A program made the position numbers and the translations under genes. 64,000 nt of DNA, taken from Octopus sinensis. Its lineage: Eukaryota. The stretch is taken from positions 45,384,001 through 45,448,000 of the forward strand of contig NC_043014.1 in assembly GCF_006345805.1 (NCBI RefSeq), read 5' to 3'. The first letter of the stretch is position 1; every line of letters begins with the position of its first letter. Positions 50,101-59,730 of the stretch are shown here, piece by piece. The notes beneath the pieces were generated by a model. The model was not told the DNA's origin. It saw only the letters and a list, made by a program, of their open reading frames with translations, and did not search any database.

Positions 50101-53100
50101 AAACTTCTGCTGACTCTTTCGCCACAACTTTCTCTCACTCTTTCCTCCTGCATCTTGCAGCTCACCTGCGAAGGACTGGCGTCCCGTCCAGGTGGGGAAC
50201 CTATACATCAAGGAAACCAGGAAACCGGCCCTATGAGCCAAGCGTGTTTCATATCCTACTGGTTTTGCCATCAATAGATTATAAGAATGTAGGCCTCACT
50301 AACAGCTGAACTCTGATCACTTGATTCAAAGTCCATGGGATCTTAATAATTGAGTATCTTAACCTCCTCGGTCAACTATCTTTGACTAGAGACATACGGT
50401 ATGGTTTTGTTTCTAATCTATATAGCGTGCAAACATTGTTTTACACAGCTGAATGTCCCCATTCAGTTTGTAATAAGGGAGACAACTCTATGAGCCCAGT
50501 CGTTAATCTGACAAGAATAATGCTTACAAAGTAACATTTCAGAGATTTTGTATTTTTCTTTGCTAATTTACATCCATTTTTTCATGCAAACGAGTTATTT
50601 TAGAATGATATGAACATTTTTTTATCAAGTTCAATTAACGAGTATATATTAAAAAAAAAAAAATGATTCTGTTGGGTTCAGTATTAATAAAATATATATA
50701 TAGTTACTACAATGGTTTGGTGTCTCATGAAAATTAAATTATCTTAATATATAAAATCCGTTCCGTTCTGTCTGTCTGTTTGTGCGCTTATAACTCGAGT
50801 GTTGTTCATCCGGTTGTGCTGAAATTTTAAACATGGATACCTGAGAGAGCTGGGCGCTCCGTAATCTAAAAAGGTTTACAAAATTGTTAGTTTCAAAGTG
50901 AGAATCGCTATTTTTGTAATCTTTAATGTCCTGTTTGTTCTGCCATTAAAACAACCAGTATACACACACAACACAATTAAATAATATATTTTGACTAAGG
51001 CCGTTTGCCAGCCTCGTCTGGCACCTGTGCCGGTGGCACGTAAAACGCACCATCCGATCGTGGCCATTTGCCAGCCTTGTCTGGCACCTGTGCAGGTGGT
51101 ACGTAAAAAGCACCCACTACACTCACGGAGTGGTTGACGTTAGGAAGGGCATCCAGTTGTAGAACCACTGCCAGATAAGACTGGGCCTGGTGCAGCCTTC
51201 TGGCTTCCCAGACCCCAGTTGAACCGTCCAACCCATGCCAGCATGGAAAACGGACGTTAAACGATGATGATGATGATGATGATGATGAAAAACGTTAATA
51301 TTTTTCACTGAAAAAAACATTGAATTAAAGAGTGATTATGGAAAACATTTTGGTTCATGTGCAATATTTATATCTTCTTGGTTCTCTTTCTCCCCTAGGA
51401 TTCGAGTTCAATCCAGGCTTCCCAGAAATTCAGTATCTCAATCATAAAAGACATCATTAATATAATAGAAGGCCCTTGTACCCAGAAACCTTTACACTAC
51501 TTATTAATGGCTCTCTCAGACCTTCTCAAGATGTTTCAACGTGCCCAGAAAGAAATTTCTAAAGGTAAACATATTTATATCTTTAATTGCTATATGTATA
51601 GTTTGAGTTGAGTTCAGCACACAGTGAATATAAAGTCTTCGATATTGACCCCTCATAACCCCATTAAGGGCTGCAGAGCATTTTCATTAAAATATCTCAT
51701 GTTCTGTTTTGTTTGCTCCAACACTAATACTCAAACAATAACTGAGCACCTTTTTGAACTCCACCCATCTAACACCCATGGACATATTTACAAAGTCAGA
51801 AAACAGCACAGCTCCCATGACTTTAGGAAACACTTTTTCACGCTGAGAGTTGCTGAAGCATGGAACAAACTGCCAGCATCAGTTGTTAGTTGTCGGAGCA
51901 CTGCATCCTTCAAAACTTCCATGCTTCCTGAGATTCGCCAACACTACACTTGATTTTCTCCCCTCCATACACACGCAAGCATGTATCTGACTCATACATT
52001 GTTCACTTTCCAGACATTTGTACATTACTGCATGTACTTTATATGCACTTTCTGACAAGTTGTGGTGCACCTGAGCACTGTATACAATAATTTCATTATT
52101 ATTATTTATTATAACACATTTCTTTGTCTCTTCATTGCAGATCTTAAAAAAGAAAAGTCCAGTAACGAAACCCTGATTTCACAGCTGAAAACCCAGAGGA
52201 AAAAATTGTTCCGTTCTGAAAAGAAAATATTGTTCCTTTTGAGTTGGGCCCAATCTTATGGACTAGCTCTTCGTGGCTGTTTGCAGGAACTGAACCTAGA
52301 ATTCTGTAAGTGACGTACATCTGCTGATGGATCAAGGAGTTAAAGTTAATTAATTAAATCAGTTTCCTTTGTCAAGTGGGTGGGGAAGAAGGACCATCAA
52401 AAGCAACCACCTCTTGGTCATTTTCTTTTTATAAGTTGGTTAATTAAAAAGAGATGTTAAGCCCTTCTTTCCCAGTGGAGCATAGATCATCTACAACTTT
52501 TCTCTGCAATTCTGAACTCTAGACTGTCTTTTCTACTTTTCTCCTGTTGGGTCCCTGGCTTTTCAGCTCTGCCTCAATATCATGCCTCCAGCTATTTTTC
52601 AGGTATCCTCTCTTCTGACTCCTTTGTGAGTTATAATATAATATAATGAAATTATTGTATACAGTGTTCAGGTGCACCACAACTTGTCAAGAGTGCGTAT
52701 AAAGTATATGCAGTAATGTACAAATGTCTGGAAAGCGAACAGTGTATGAGTCAGATACATGCTTGCGTGTGTATGGAGGGGAGGAAATCAGGTGTAGTGT
52801 TGGCGAATCTCAGGAAGCATGGAAGTTTTGAAGGATGCAGTGCTCCGACAACTAACAACTGATGCTGGCAGTCTTTTCCATGCTTCAGCAACTCTCAGCG
52901 TGAAAAAGTGTTTCCAAAAGTCATGGGAGCTGTGCTGTTTTCTGACTTTGTAAACATGTCCACAGGTGTTAGACAGGTGGAGTTTGAAAAGGTGCTCAGA
53001 GTTATTGTTTGTGAGATGGTTAATAATTTTATGGGTGTCTGCCAAGTCAGCTGCCAGACGTCGGAGATGTTGGTTTTCTTTTATTGCACCATGTCATACA

Positions 53101-53677
53101 TCAGTGAAGGTGTGTGGCTTATGTTTATGGTTAGGGTGTTTGGCTTATGCTCATAAGGTCATGTGTTCAATTCTTGATGGTGTGCTGTGTCCTTTCATGT
53201 TGCTCCTGTCCACTCAGCTGGCAAACATAAGAAGTATCTATAATCCAAACTGCCAGCCTTGTCACATTCTGTGTCATGCTGAATCTCCCTGAGAACTACG
53301 TTAAGGGTACACACATCTGTGGAATGCTCAACTCTTTGCATGTTAATTTCATAAGTAGGCCATTCCATTGACTGAATCAGCTGGAACCCTCATCACTGTA
53401 ACTGACAGAGTCCCAGGCCAACACACTGCAACAGTGACTGGACCCTATGGTAGCCCACAAAACATAGTAGACCAGTATCATATCTACCTAACGATTTCAC
53501 TTCACTTCCCATTTTTCTGACTTCATTTCAATGTTTGTTGTTTTTGTTGTTGTTATTTTCGCAGGTGAGTTGAGCAGTGAATTGGCCAGTGTCACCAACA
53601 CAAAGAAACAGTTTGAAAACGAATGGAAGGGCAAGCGGCCACCTACCAAGAAACCCCTGATAGAAGTTTTGAATTGA
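34293..53677 (+). CDS. ZNHIT2: Zinc finger HIT domain-containing protein 2 (ZNHIT2-like), 11 coding exons, 408 aa
   Basis: Manual splicing gives one continuous frame: MESPMEEGNVENIGLSSQRSKPCVFCLLNVSKYTCPRCKAVYCSVSCYRSEKHLQCSESFYKNC...LADRLTGLDLD...IWDVLTKQEKEEFQKLL...FWSPWW...YSYAYICRLHNGD...KKILFLLSW...WKGKRPPTKKPLIEVLN*. The N-terminal CxxC-YTCPRC-YCSxxCY-H-C-E-FY zf-HIT, the 'W..L...EK..F..LL......W.PWW' block and the C-terminal LIE.L match what I recall of ZNHIT2. All 10 introns are GT-AG with matching phases; exon lengths sum to 1227 nt. Confidence 0.93.
34887..34960 (+). tRNA. tRNA-Asn(GTT) gene, U33>A variant (possibly a pseudogene), in ZNHIT2 intron 1
   Basis: GTCTCTGTGGCGCAATCGGTTAGCGCGTTCGGCAGTTAACCGAAAGGTTGGTGGTTCAAGACCACCCAGGGACG. 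The full cloverleaf has all four stems paired, anticodon GTT at 34921-34923, and intact A and B boxes. It has A at position 33 (34920) and A at position 60 (34947). Confidence 0.85.
34969..34973 (+). terminator. Pol III terminator (T5) of the tRNA-Asn gene
   Basis: TTTTT 8 nt after the discriminator base. Confidence 0.6.
35756..36151. mobile_element. piggyBac-like MITE (TTAA|CCCTTTAG...CTAAAGGG|TTAA) containing a nested second MITE
   Basis: TTAA at 35752-35755 and 36152-36155; the uninterrupted relative is at 37061-37279. Confidence 0.75.
35833..36044. mobile_element. Nested piggyBac-like MITE, second family
   Basis: TTAA at 35829-35832 and 36045-36048; the internal sequence matches the free-standing copy at 41135-41341. 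Confidence 0.7.
36608..37008 (+). mobile_element. Family A SINE, ZNHIT2 intron 1
   Basis: Full-length copy. Confidence 0.85.
37061..37279. mobile_element. piggyBac-like MITE about 58 nt upstream of the exon 2 acceptor
   Basis: ttaa|ccctttagtgtt...actaaaggg|ttaa. Confidence 0.75.
37338..37487 (+). CDS. ZNHIT2: ZNHIT2 exon 2 (zf-HIT core)
   Basis: Acceptor tttttttag|T, donor AG|gttagg; encodes CLLNVSKYTCPRCKAVYCSVSCYRSEKHLQCSESFYKNCVTEGLVDLAV; phase 2-2. Confidence 0.95.
38154..38236 (+). CDS. ZNHIT2: ZNHIT2 exon 3
   Basis: ttttacag|T...G|gtaaag; QSEREKMIEILKKASEADDDDYEDSDE; phase 2-1. Confidence 0.9.
38958..39357 (-). mobile_element. Family A SINE, ZNHIT2 intron 3
   Basis: Full-length reverse-complement copy. 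Confidence 0.85.
39640..40040 (-). mobile_element. Non-coding retroelement 3' end with an (AAT)n tail
   Basis: A second copy at 45430-45925 is split by a family D insertion; no ORF recognised. Confidence 0.5.
40366..40730 (+). mobile_element. Family C SINE carrying a 5'-truncated family B insertion
   Basis: 16-bp duplication ggtatttcacccattg at 40413-40428 and 40577-40592. Confidence 0.75.
40842..40883 (+). CDS. ZNHIT2: ZNHIT2 exon 4 (42 nt)
   Basis: tttgcag|AG...G|gtaagt; EGCSLADRLTGLDL; phase 1-1. Confidence 0.9.
   Translation, partial: RDAVWLIVLLAWI
41135..41341. mobile_element. piggyBac-like MITE, second family
   Basis: ttaa|cccttttgatacc...ggtaacgaaaggg|ttaa. Confidence 0.75.
42379..42850 (-). 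mobile_element. L1/Tx1-type LINE 3' end with its terminal 123 bp duplicated
   Basis: Minus strand reads RWVNCARMASINGPILR, similar to the 26.9-kb element; (ATT)n tail near 42364-42380; perfect tandem repeat at 42379-42501 / 42502-42624. Confidence 0.6.
43417..43541 (+). CDS. ZNHIT2: ZNHIT2 exon 5
   Basis: gtttag|AT...AAG|gtatgg; DKDTDKIWDVLTKQEKEEFQKLLRDEQLGGLIEFWSPWWSHK; phase 1-0. Confidence 0.93.
46007..46105 (+). CDS. ZNHIT2: ZNHIT2 exon 6
   Basis: atacag|GAG...AAG|gtacaa; ETSKVEDLDADMKPDKAFPQLYKDIPHISQILK; phase 0-0. Confidence 0.88.
46279..46775 (+). mobile_element. RTE (BovB-like) LINE 3' remnant interrupted by a family B SINE
   Basis: LPLEARITKHRLAYFGHIMRRKSLE / MVSGKRGRGRPRTHWLDTIKSDTGMD|IANLKEAAQDR. 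The peptide resumes after the SINE, which has a 13-bp TSD ggaatggacatag (46431-46443, 46674-46686). Confidence 0.85.
46444..46673 (+). mobile_element. Family B SINE inside the RTE remnant
   Basis: 13-bp TSD ggaatggacatag. Confidence 0.88.
46965..47325 (-). mobile_element. Family A SINE, ZNHIT2 intron 6
   Basis: Near full length; its head ends about 55 nt before the exon 7 acceptor. Confidence 0.85.
47380..47496 (+). CDS. ZNHIT2: ZNHIT2 exon 7
   Basis: ttgttgcag|AAC...AAT|gtaagg; NSKPSSDLRFTVISTVYSYAYICRLHNGDHLNTPLDCAN; phase 0-0. Confidence 0.92.
47531..48027. mobile_element. piggyBac-like MITE interrupted by a family D element
   Basis: ttaa|cccttttgatacc...ggttacaaaaggg|ttaa with an insertion at ~47621-47900. 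Confidence 0.65.
48427..48519 (+). CDS. ZNHIT2: ZNHIT2 exon 8
   Basis: ctttccag|GAA...GAG|gtaagt; EVLLLCDVLDTTQNYSSTTEALHACLNKSNE; phase 0-0. Confidence 0.9.
48640..49052. mobile_element. Second copy of the Merlin-like MITE, opposite orientation (8-bp TSD AGCTATCT)
   Basis: Same TIRs; agctatct at 48632-48639 and 49053-49060; lies in ZNHIT2 intron 8. Confidence 0.8.
49172..49565 (+). mobile_element. Family A SINE nested in an older family C SINE, intron 8
   Basis: Host sequence (gtcgattacattgaccccagtgta | ccccaaaaggatgaaaggc) resumes on both sides. Confidence 0.8.
49964..50239 (+). mobile_element. Family E SINE with a tRNA-Arg-like head
   Basis: tggaggcacatcgcctagtggttagagcagcggactcgcggtcgagagattgcgggttcaaatctc shows A and B boxes; relatives lie at 55070-55400 (+) and 37520-37814 (-). 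Confidence 0.7.
50742..50995 (+). mobile_element. 5' part of a Helitron-like element (3' end not found)
   Basis: a|tcttaatatataaaatccgttccgttctgtctgtctgtttgtg is a typical HINE/Helitron-like start; a family D insertion follows. Confidence 0.35.
51399..51564 (+). CDS. ZNHIT2: ZNHIT2 exon 9
   Basis: ctcccctag|GAT...G|gtaaac; DSSSIQASQKFSISIIKDIINIIEGPCTQKPLHYLLMALSDLLKMFQRAQKEISK; phase 0-1. Confidence 0.9.
51730..52103 (+). mobile_element. CR1-type LINE 3' fragment in ZNHIT2 intron 9
   Basis: HLFELHPSNTHGHIYKVRKQHSSHDFRKHFFTLRVAEAWNKLPASVVSCRSTASFKTSMLPEIRQHYT*, followed by 3' UTR and an ATT tail that abuts the exon 10 polypyrimidine tract. Confidence 0.85.
52141..52305 (+). CDS. ZNHIT2: ZNHIT2 exon 10
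   Basis: cattgcag|AT...T|gtaagt; DLKKEKSSNETLISQLKTQRKKLFRSEKKILFLLSWAQSYGLALRGCLQELNLEF; 165 nt, phase 1-1. Confidence 0.92.
52642..53060 (-). mobile_element. CR1-type LINE 3' fragment in ZNHIT2 intron 10 (same family, inverted)
   Basis: ORF 52788..53045 gives a nearly identical peptide; the nucleotide sequence is the reverse complement of 51730-52103 with only scattered mismatches. Confidence 0.85.
53565..53677 (+). CDS. ZNHIT2: ZNHIT2 exon 11 (terminal coding part, TGA stop)
   Basis: ttttcgcag|GT; CELSSELASVTNTKKQFENEWKGKRPPTKKPLIEVLN*; stop at 53675-53677. Confidence 0.9.
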
Positions 53678-53722
53678 ACTCACCCCAGAATCTCATCTGC
53701 CATGTCATTTCTGTACATAACT

Positions 53723-53728
53723 AATAAA
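53723..53728 (+). promoter_or_regulatory. Polyadenylation signal AATAAA of ZNHIT2
   Basis: Canonical hexamer 45 nt after the stop and just before a SINE-like insertion; implies a short 3' UTR. Confidence 0.65.
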
Positions 53729-56257
53729 TTAAAATATTTTTCTAGAATGCATTGTTGACTTGCCTGGTTGAACAGTTTTCACTTCTTTAACATTCGAGCG
53801 AGGTCGTTGCCAGTGCCGCTGGACTGGCTCCTGTGCAGGTGGCACGTAAAAAGCACCATTTGAGCGTGGCCGTTGCCAGTAGCGCCTGACTGGCCCTCGT
53901 GCCGGTGGCACATAAAAGCACCCACTACACTCGGAGTGTTTGGCATTAGGAAGGGCATCCAGCTGTGGAAACTCTGCCAGATCAGATTGGAGTCTGGTGC
54001 AGGCATCTGGTTCACCAGACCTCAGTCAAAATCGTCCAACCCATGCTAGCATGGAAAGCAGACATTAAACGATGATAATGATGATGATGATGAACCCTTT
54101 CTTGGAAATGTGTTTCTGATAGAATGTTCCACTTGTCTTTTATCTTTTGCTTGCTTCAATCACTGGATTGTGGCCATGCTGGAGCACCACCTTGAAGGGT
54201 TTCAAGCAAATCAACCCCAGTACTTAGTTTGGTACTTATTCTGTTGTGTCTTTTTGCTAAACTGCTAAGTTATGGGGATGTAAATAAAAGAACACTGTCA
54301 GGCAGCAGAAAGACAAACACATGTACACACACACACAGATATATGACAAGCTTCTTCCAGTCGCCATCTACCAAATCCACTCACAAGGCTTTAGTAGGCC
54401 TGAGGCTATAGTAGAAGACATTTGCCTAAGGTGCCACGCAGTGGGACTGAACCCGGAACCATGTGGTTGGAAAGCAAGCTTCCTACCTCACAGCCTTGTA
54501 TATTTCTGTGTGTGTTTCTTTTGATGTTGAGAAGTACTGTCACCAAAACAGGTTCCATGTCCAGTCAACTGTGCCAAATTGTCCTCATCCAAATGGCCAT
54601 GCCCATTCAACACCTTCCACTCTCAACCCCTAAACCCTTTACAAAGCTCAAAGGAGACCCACAAATAAGTACGGTTCTCACATCCAGATAACACTCTAGA
54701 CTGCACTGGAAGGCCACTTGACGGGTACAGCAGTCTTTCAAAAATACACTCCAACCTCTCACCCACAAACAGTAATAGAAAGAAAGAAAGAAAAAGAAAA
54801 TACTGAGACAGGCAGTGCCCCAGCATGGCCACAACTAACTGTGAAATCGGTAAAAGAGACTGTCAGCAATGATTGATACCTCTGAAGCAATGCAAAAGAC
54901 TCTGGATGGCAAAATATAACGATGACAAAGACTGAGTGGGCAAATGTGGAGAGGATCTTGATGAGGATGGTGACAATGATTATTATAACATCAATGATGA
55001 TGATGATGACAATATCAATGATGTTCTGTTAGCGAAGAAGAAAAAGATGAGGACTACAACAACAGTGAGTGGAGGCACAATGGCCCAGTGGTTAGGGCAG
55101 CAGGCTCACGGTCTTAAGAATGCGGTTTCGATTCCCAGACCAGGCATTGTGAGTGTTTATTGAGCAAAAACACCTAAGCTCCACGAGGCTCCGGCAGGGG
55201 TGGGTTATTGGTGAACCTTGCTGTACTCTTTCACCACAGCTTTCTCTCACTCTTTCTTCCTACTTCTGTCACAAAGCAGAGGAACCATGGTGTAACCCAC
55301 ATTGGTGTGGTAAACTTTCAGACCCTAGATTGTGAATCCTCTATACCCCAGGATGGTTCAGCTTTCCACCCGTTAAAAAGCCACCATTTACGGAATGAGG
55401 ATAACAACGTGGCTTTCGCACCCGTGTAACCGCCAATCTATCGCGTGTGGTGGGTGGATCTTCAAGTTGCCACACGCTTTCTTAGTAGCTTAGAGTAGGC
55501 TCGAATTAGAGATTATTCTTTGTGGCTAATGGCGTGAGTCCTGATTGGAAGAAGGAGGAGAAAGAGAAGAAGAAGAAGAAGAAGGAGGAGGAGAAAAAGA
55601 AGAAGAAGACAGCAACAGAGATGATGATAGAACTTGTGCTAGTCCTGAATATGGCAATAATGATGCTGATGCTGATAAGAGCATTTTGATGGAAACGATA
55701 ATGGCAATGTTGAACAATTATGATGATGATGATGATGATGATGATAGTGTGGTGGTGAAGATAGTGATGATAATGATAATGATGATGATGTCAGTGACAA
55801 TAAGTGGCTAGGATTGGCAGTTTCTGGGTTGCTGCGATGATGATGATGATGATGATTACATCGGCATTATTACCGAAAGGAACAAACAAAAAAGAAAAAA
55901 AAAAGGAAGGTGGTGATGGGTGAGTGGTTGGCTAAGTAAGCTGGGATGCTGAACACAAAATGAAAACTGAAGTCACCCATTAACTTGTCAAAGACGCCTC
56001 CTTCATCTTCCATAACAGCCGTTACAGCAGTAACGACTACCAGATGATACCAGCTCGGAAGAAACTCCCACATTGACTGAACATGTTACAAAGTTGGTGA
56101 ATGGGTAAATGAATTAACAGCTATGTCGAAGAGGAAGGTCAAAAACAAGGTTACACGGGGACGTTTCCATATATGAGATATGGCTGAAAAACAAAAATCA
56201 AACAAAAAAAAAGGGAGTTAAAAAAATGTAATTCTACTTTTTTTTGAAATTATATTC

Positions 56258-56426
56258 AATAGGTGCAGGTGTGGCTGTGTGGTAAGTAGCTTGCTTACCA
56301 ACCACATGTTTCCGGGTTCAGTCCCACTGCGTGGCACCTTGGGCAAGTGTCTTCTACTATAGCCTCGGGCCGACCAAAGCCTTGTGAGTGGATTTGGTAG
56401 ATGGAAACTGAAAGAAGCCCATCGTA

Positions 56427-56478
<52 letters not shown>

Positions 56479-57230
56479 TATGCGTTTGTGTGTCTGTGTT
56501 TGTCCCCCTAGCATTGCTTGACAACCGATGCTGGTGTGTTTACGTCCCTGTCACTTAGCGGTTCGGCAAAAGAGACTGATAGAATAAGTACTGGGCTTAC
56601 AAAGAATAAGTCCCGGGGTCGATTTGCTCGATTAAAAGCAGTGCACCAGCATGGCCGCAGTCAAATGACTGAAACAAGTAAAATGAAAAAAAAAAGAAAA
56701 AAGAAAATAGGTGCAGGTGTGGCTGTGTCGTAAGAAGTTGGTTTCCCAACCAATTGGTTCCGGGTTCAGTCCCACTGCGTAGTACCTTCGGCAAGTGTCT
56801 TATACTATAGCCATGGGCTGATCAAAGCCTTGTGAGTGAATTTGGGAGATGGAGACTGAAAGAAGCCTGTCATATATATATGTGTGTGTGTGTGTGAGTG
56901 TCTCTTTGTCCCCCACAACTGTTTGACAATCATTGTTGGTAACTTTATGTCTCTGTAACTTGGCAGTTCAGCAAAAAAGACTGACAGAAAAGTTCTAGAC
57001 TTAATATATATATATATAAAATTTGTGTGTGTGTGTTTATATAAATATATATATATAAAATTTGTGTGTGTATATATATATGTGTATATGTCTGAGTATA
57101 TATATGTGTGTGTGTGTGTTTATATATATGTATACTGGAGTTGATTCGTTCAACTAAAATTCTTCAAGGCAGTGCTCCAGCATGGCCACAGTCTACTGAC
57201 TAAAACAAATAACAGATAAAAGATGAAGAT
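56258..57230 (+). mobile_element. Young family A SINE inserted into the head of an older relative
   Basis: 23-bp duplication aataggtgcaggtgtggctgtgt at 56258-56280 and 56706-56728. Confidence 0.75.
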
Positions 57231-57404
57231 ATAAATGGAATGACAGCTGTGTGGAAAGGACATATCAAAAAGGGTTACATGAGGCCATTTCCAATATCGG
57301 ATGTAGCCAAAAATAAATAAATTTTAAAAAAAAGAAAAATTATAATTCTTTTTCTGAAATTATATTTTATATATTTTAAATTTTATTTTAAAATATCACT
57401 TTGA

Positions 57405-57675
57405 TCACTTTGACCGACCAGTCCGTCAGGCGTCCATTTGACACCGCTGGTCACAGCACGCTGTCCACTCCTCTCTGGATCGCGCCTTTCTCATCCACGT
57501 GATCCCAATCGTCCTCTTGAAATCGTCACTCCACCGTCGTGGAGGTCTTCCGGGTGGTCTTTTCCGCTCATGCGGGTACCACTCGACAACTGTGTGCGTC
57601 CACCGATTATCAGTGAGCCGGGCGACGTGTCCAGCCCATCTATACTTGCTGCGAGTATACTCTGCGATGACATTT
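57405..57675 (-). mobile_element. RTE-type LINE 3' fragment
   Basis: VIAEYTRSKYRWAGHVARLTDNRWTHTVVEWYPHERKRPPGRPPRRWSDDFKRTIGITWMRKARSREEW has the RTE WAGHV-R...W...P....R..GRP..RW-D motif with an open frame; short (caaagtgat)n tail. Confidence 0.85.
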
Positions 57676-57865
57676 TAAAATATAGAAATGTTTAAATTAT
57701 TTCCCAATTTAAATCGCTTTTTAACACTAATATGATTATCACCTTTTTAATGCTAATATCAATGTGATGTGATGTGTGAGATGGGAGGTTGTTGAGGGGG
57801 CGATGGTGTTCCGATGACCAGACCATTATGCTACCGTTAAGTGCAGATTAATATATTTAAAGTAG

Positions 57866-58250
57866 TTACTCTTTTACTTGTTTCAGTCATTTGACTGTGG
57901 CCATGCTGGAGCACCGCTTTTAATCGAGCAACTCGACCCCGGGACTTATTCTTTTGTAAGCCCAGTACTTATTCTATCGGTCTCTTTTGCTGAACCGCTA
58001 AGTAACGGGGACATAAACACACCAGCATCGGTTGTCAAGCAATGCTAGGGGGACAAACACACGCACGCATATATATATGTACATATATACGACGGGCTTC
58101 TTTCAGTTTCCGTCTACCAAATCCACTCACAAGGCTTTGGTCGGCCCGAGGCTATAGTAGAAGACACTTGCCCAAGGTGCCACTCAGTGGGACTGAACCC
58201 GGAACCATGTGGTTGGTAAACAAGCTACTTACCACACAGCCACTCCTGCG
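57866..58250 (-). mobile_element. Family A SINE
   Basis: Full-length reverse-complement copy. Confidence 0.85.
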
Positions 58251-58446
58251 CAAAAAAAAAGAAAAAAAATTCAACTGAAATTACACTCATAATGAGAGGT
58301 AAAGAAAAATATTAATTAGTATTAATTACAAATTTTGTCAGGGATGACAAGGGAAACAATTCCGATATTTTAACTGATTTAAAATCAAATGAAGACATTC
58401 AGTGAAGAGCAACTCAGTTTGACCTTTGAGAGGCAGGGTGACAACT

Positions 58447-58485
58447 CTAGACATGTTTTGGTCTTATTAGTCCTCCTCAGTGAAG
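58447..58485 (-). ncRNA. Degenerate minimal hammerhead-like motif (G12>A)
   Basis: Minus strand reads cttca-CTGAGGA-GGAC taataa GACC-AAAAC-AT-GTC-tag, with palindromic ACATGT as stem III. Confidence 0.3.
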
Positions 58486-59685
58486 TATAATTTTTACACA
58501 CTGGTTCCCAACTCAAGGGTCCTTCACCTGATGGCATTTTACAAATGTTTCCTTCCTGCTGTCTTAAAAAAGAACCTCAGCTGACTATTTTAATCAAACA
58601 GGTGCAGACATTGCAGTGTGGTAAGAAGTTTGTTTCTCAACCATGTGGTTCTGGGTTCAGTCCCACTGCAGAGCACCTTGAGCAAGTGTCTTCTATTATA
58701 AACTCAGGCCAACTGAAGCCTTGTGAGTGGATTCTATTTGGTAGACGACAACTGAAAAAAAAACCCATCATGTGTGTGTCTTTGTGGCAGTGTTTGTCTG
58801 TCCCCCATCACCGCTTGAGAACAATGTTGGTTTGTTTATGTTCCTGTAATTTAACAGTTCAGCAAAAGAGACCAATAGAATAAGTACCAATATTAAAAAA
58901 AAAATTAAGCATCACAGTTGATTCATTTCACTAAAATTCTTCAAGATGGTGCCCCAGCATGACCGCAGCCATGACTAAAACAAGTAAAAACAAAAAGACA
59001 AAACGGAAGCTGTGAATTATCCATGTTTTAGGTTCTGGTATGGTTGTGTGGTAACTTGGACAAATGTCTTCTGCTATAGTAGATGGAAACTGAAAGAAGC
59101 CTGCTGTATCACACTTCCACTGATCATCCCTACTGAGTCACCACTGAGTTATCTTCCTTCCTCCTCCACCTCCATATGTCTCTCATCCTCTTCATACACT
59201 CTGCTTGCCTGTCTCTTCCTCGCCCACTCCTTCTGCGATCTATCTGAATACATGAGTCGTCGCCTCACTTTCATCCTTCTGTATTATTATTACTATTCTG
59301 CTGTTCTGCACTATCAATCATCTATTCCCTGCCCCCTGCCTTCCCCACAGTTGGTGGTTGGCTATCACCCCTTCCCTCTCCTCTCCTACCCACCCTCTCT
59401 CACACCTACCTCGAATACTCTCTTGCAACCTCCACCCACCCCACACTCATGGTCCCTCTGCCCCATTCATTTCTACCCACCTCATGCCCTGAAGGTCCCA
59501 CTTGACACATTATCAGCACTATAGGCACAGGCATGGTTGTGTGGTAAGAAACTTGCTTCTCAATCACATGGCTTTGGGTTCAGTCCCACTCTGTGGTAAG
59601 TTCAACCAAAGCCTTGTGAGTGGATTTGATGGACAGAAACTGAAAGAAGCCCATCATATATTTTCATATATATAATAAATAGTAA

Positions 59686-59699
<14 letters not shown>

Positions 59700-59730
<31 letters not shown>

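Noticed and set aside
55545-55811. Acidic 88-aa ORF
   Set aside because: Built from (GAA)n and (GAT)n trinucleotide repeats; no splice or homology support.
59012-59524. 170-aa ORF
   Set aside because: Begins in a decayed SINE and continues through CT-rich low-complexity sequence; composition is not protein-like.
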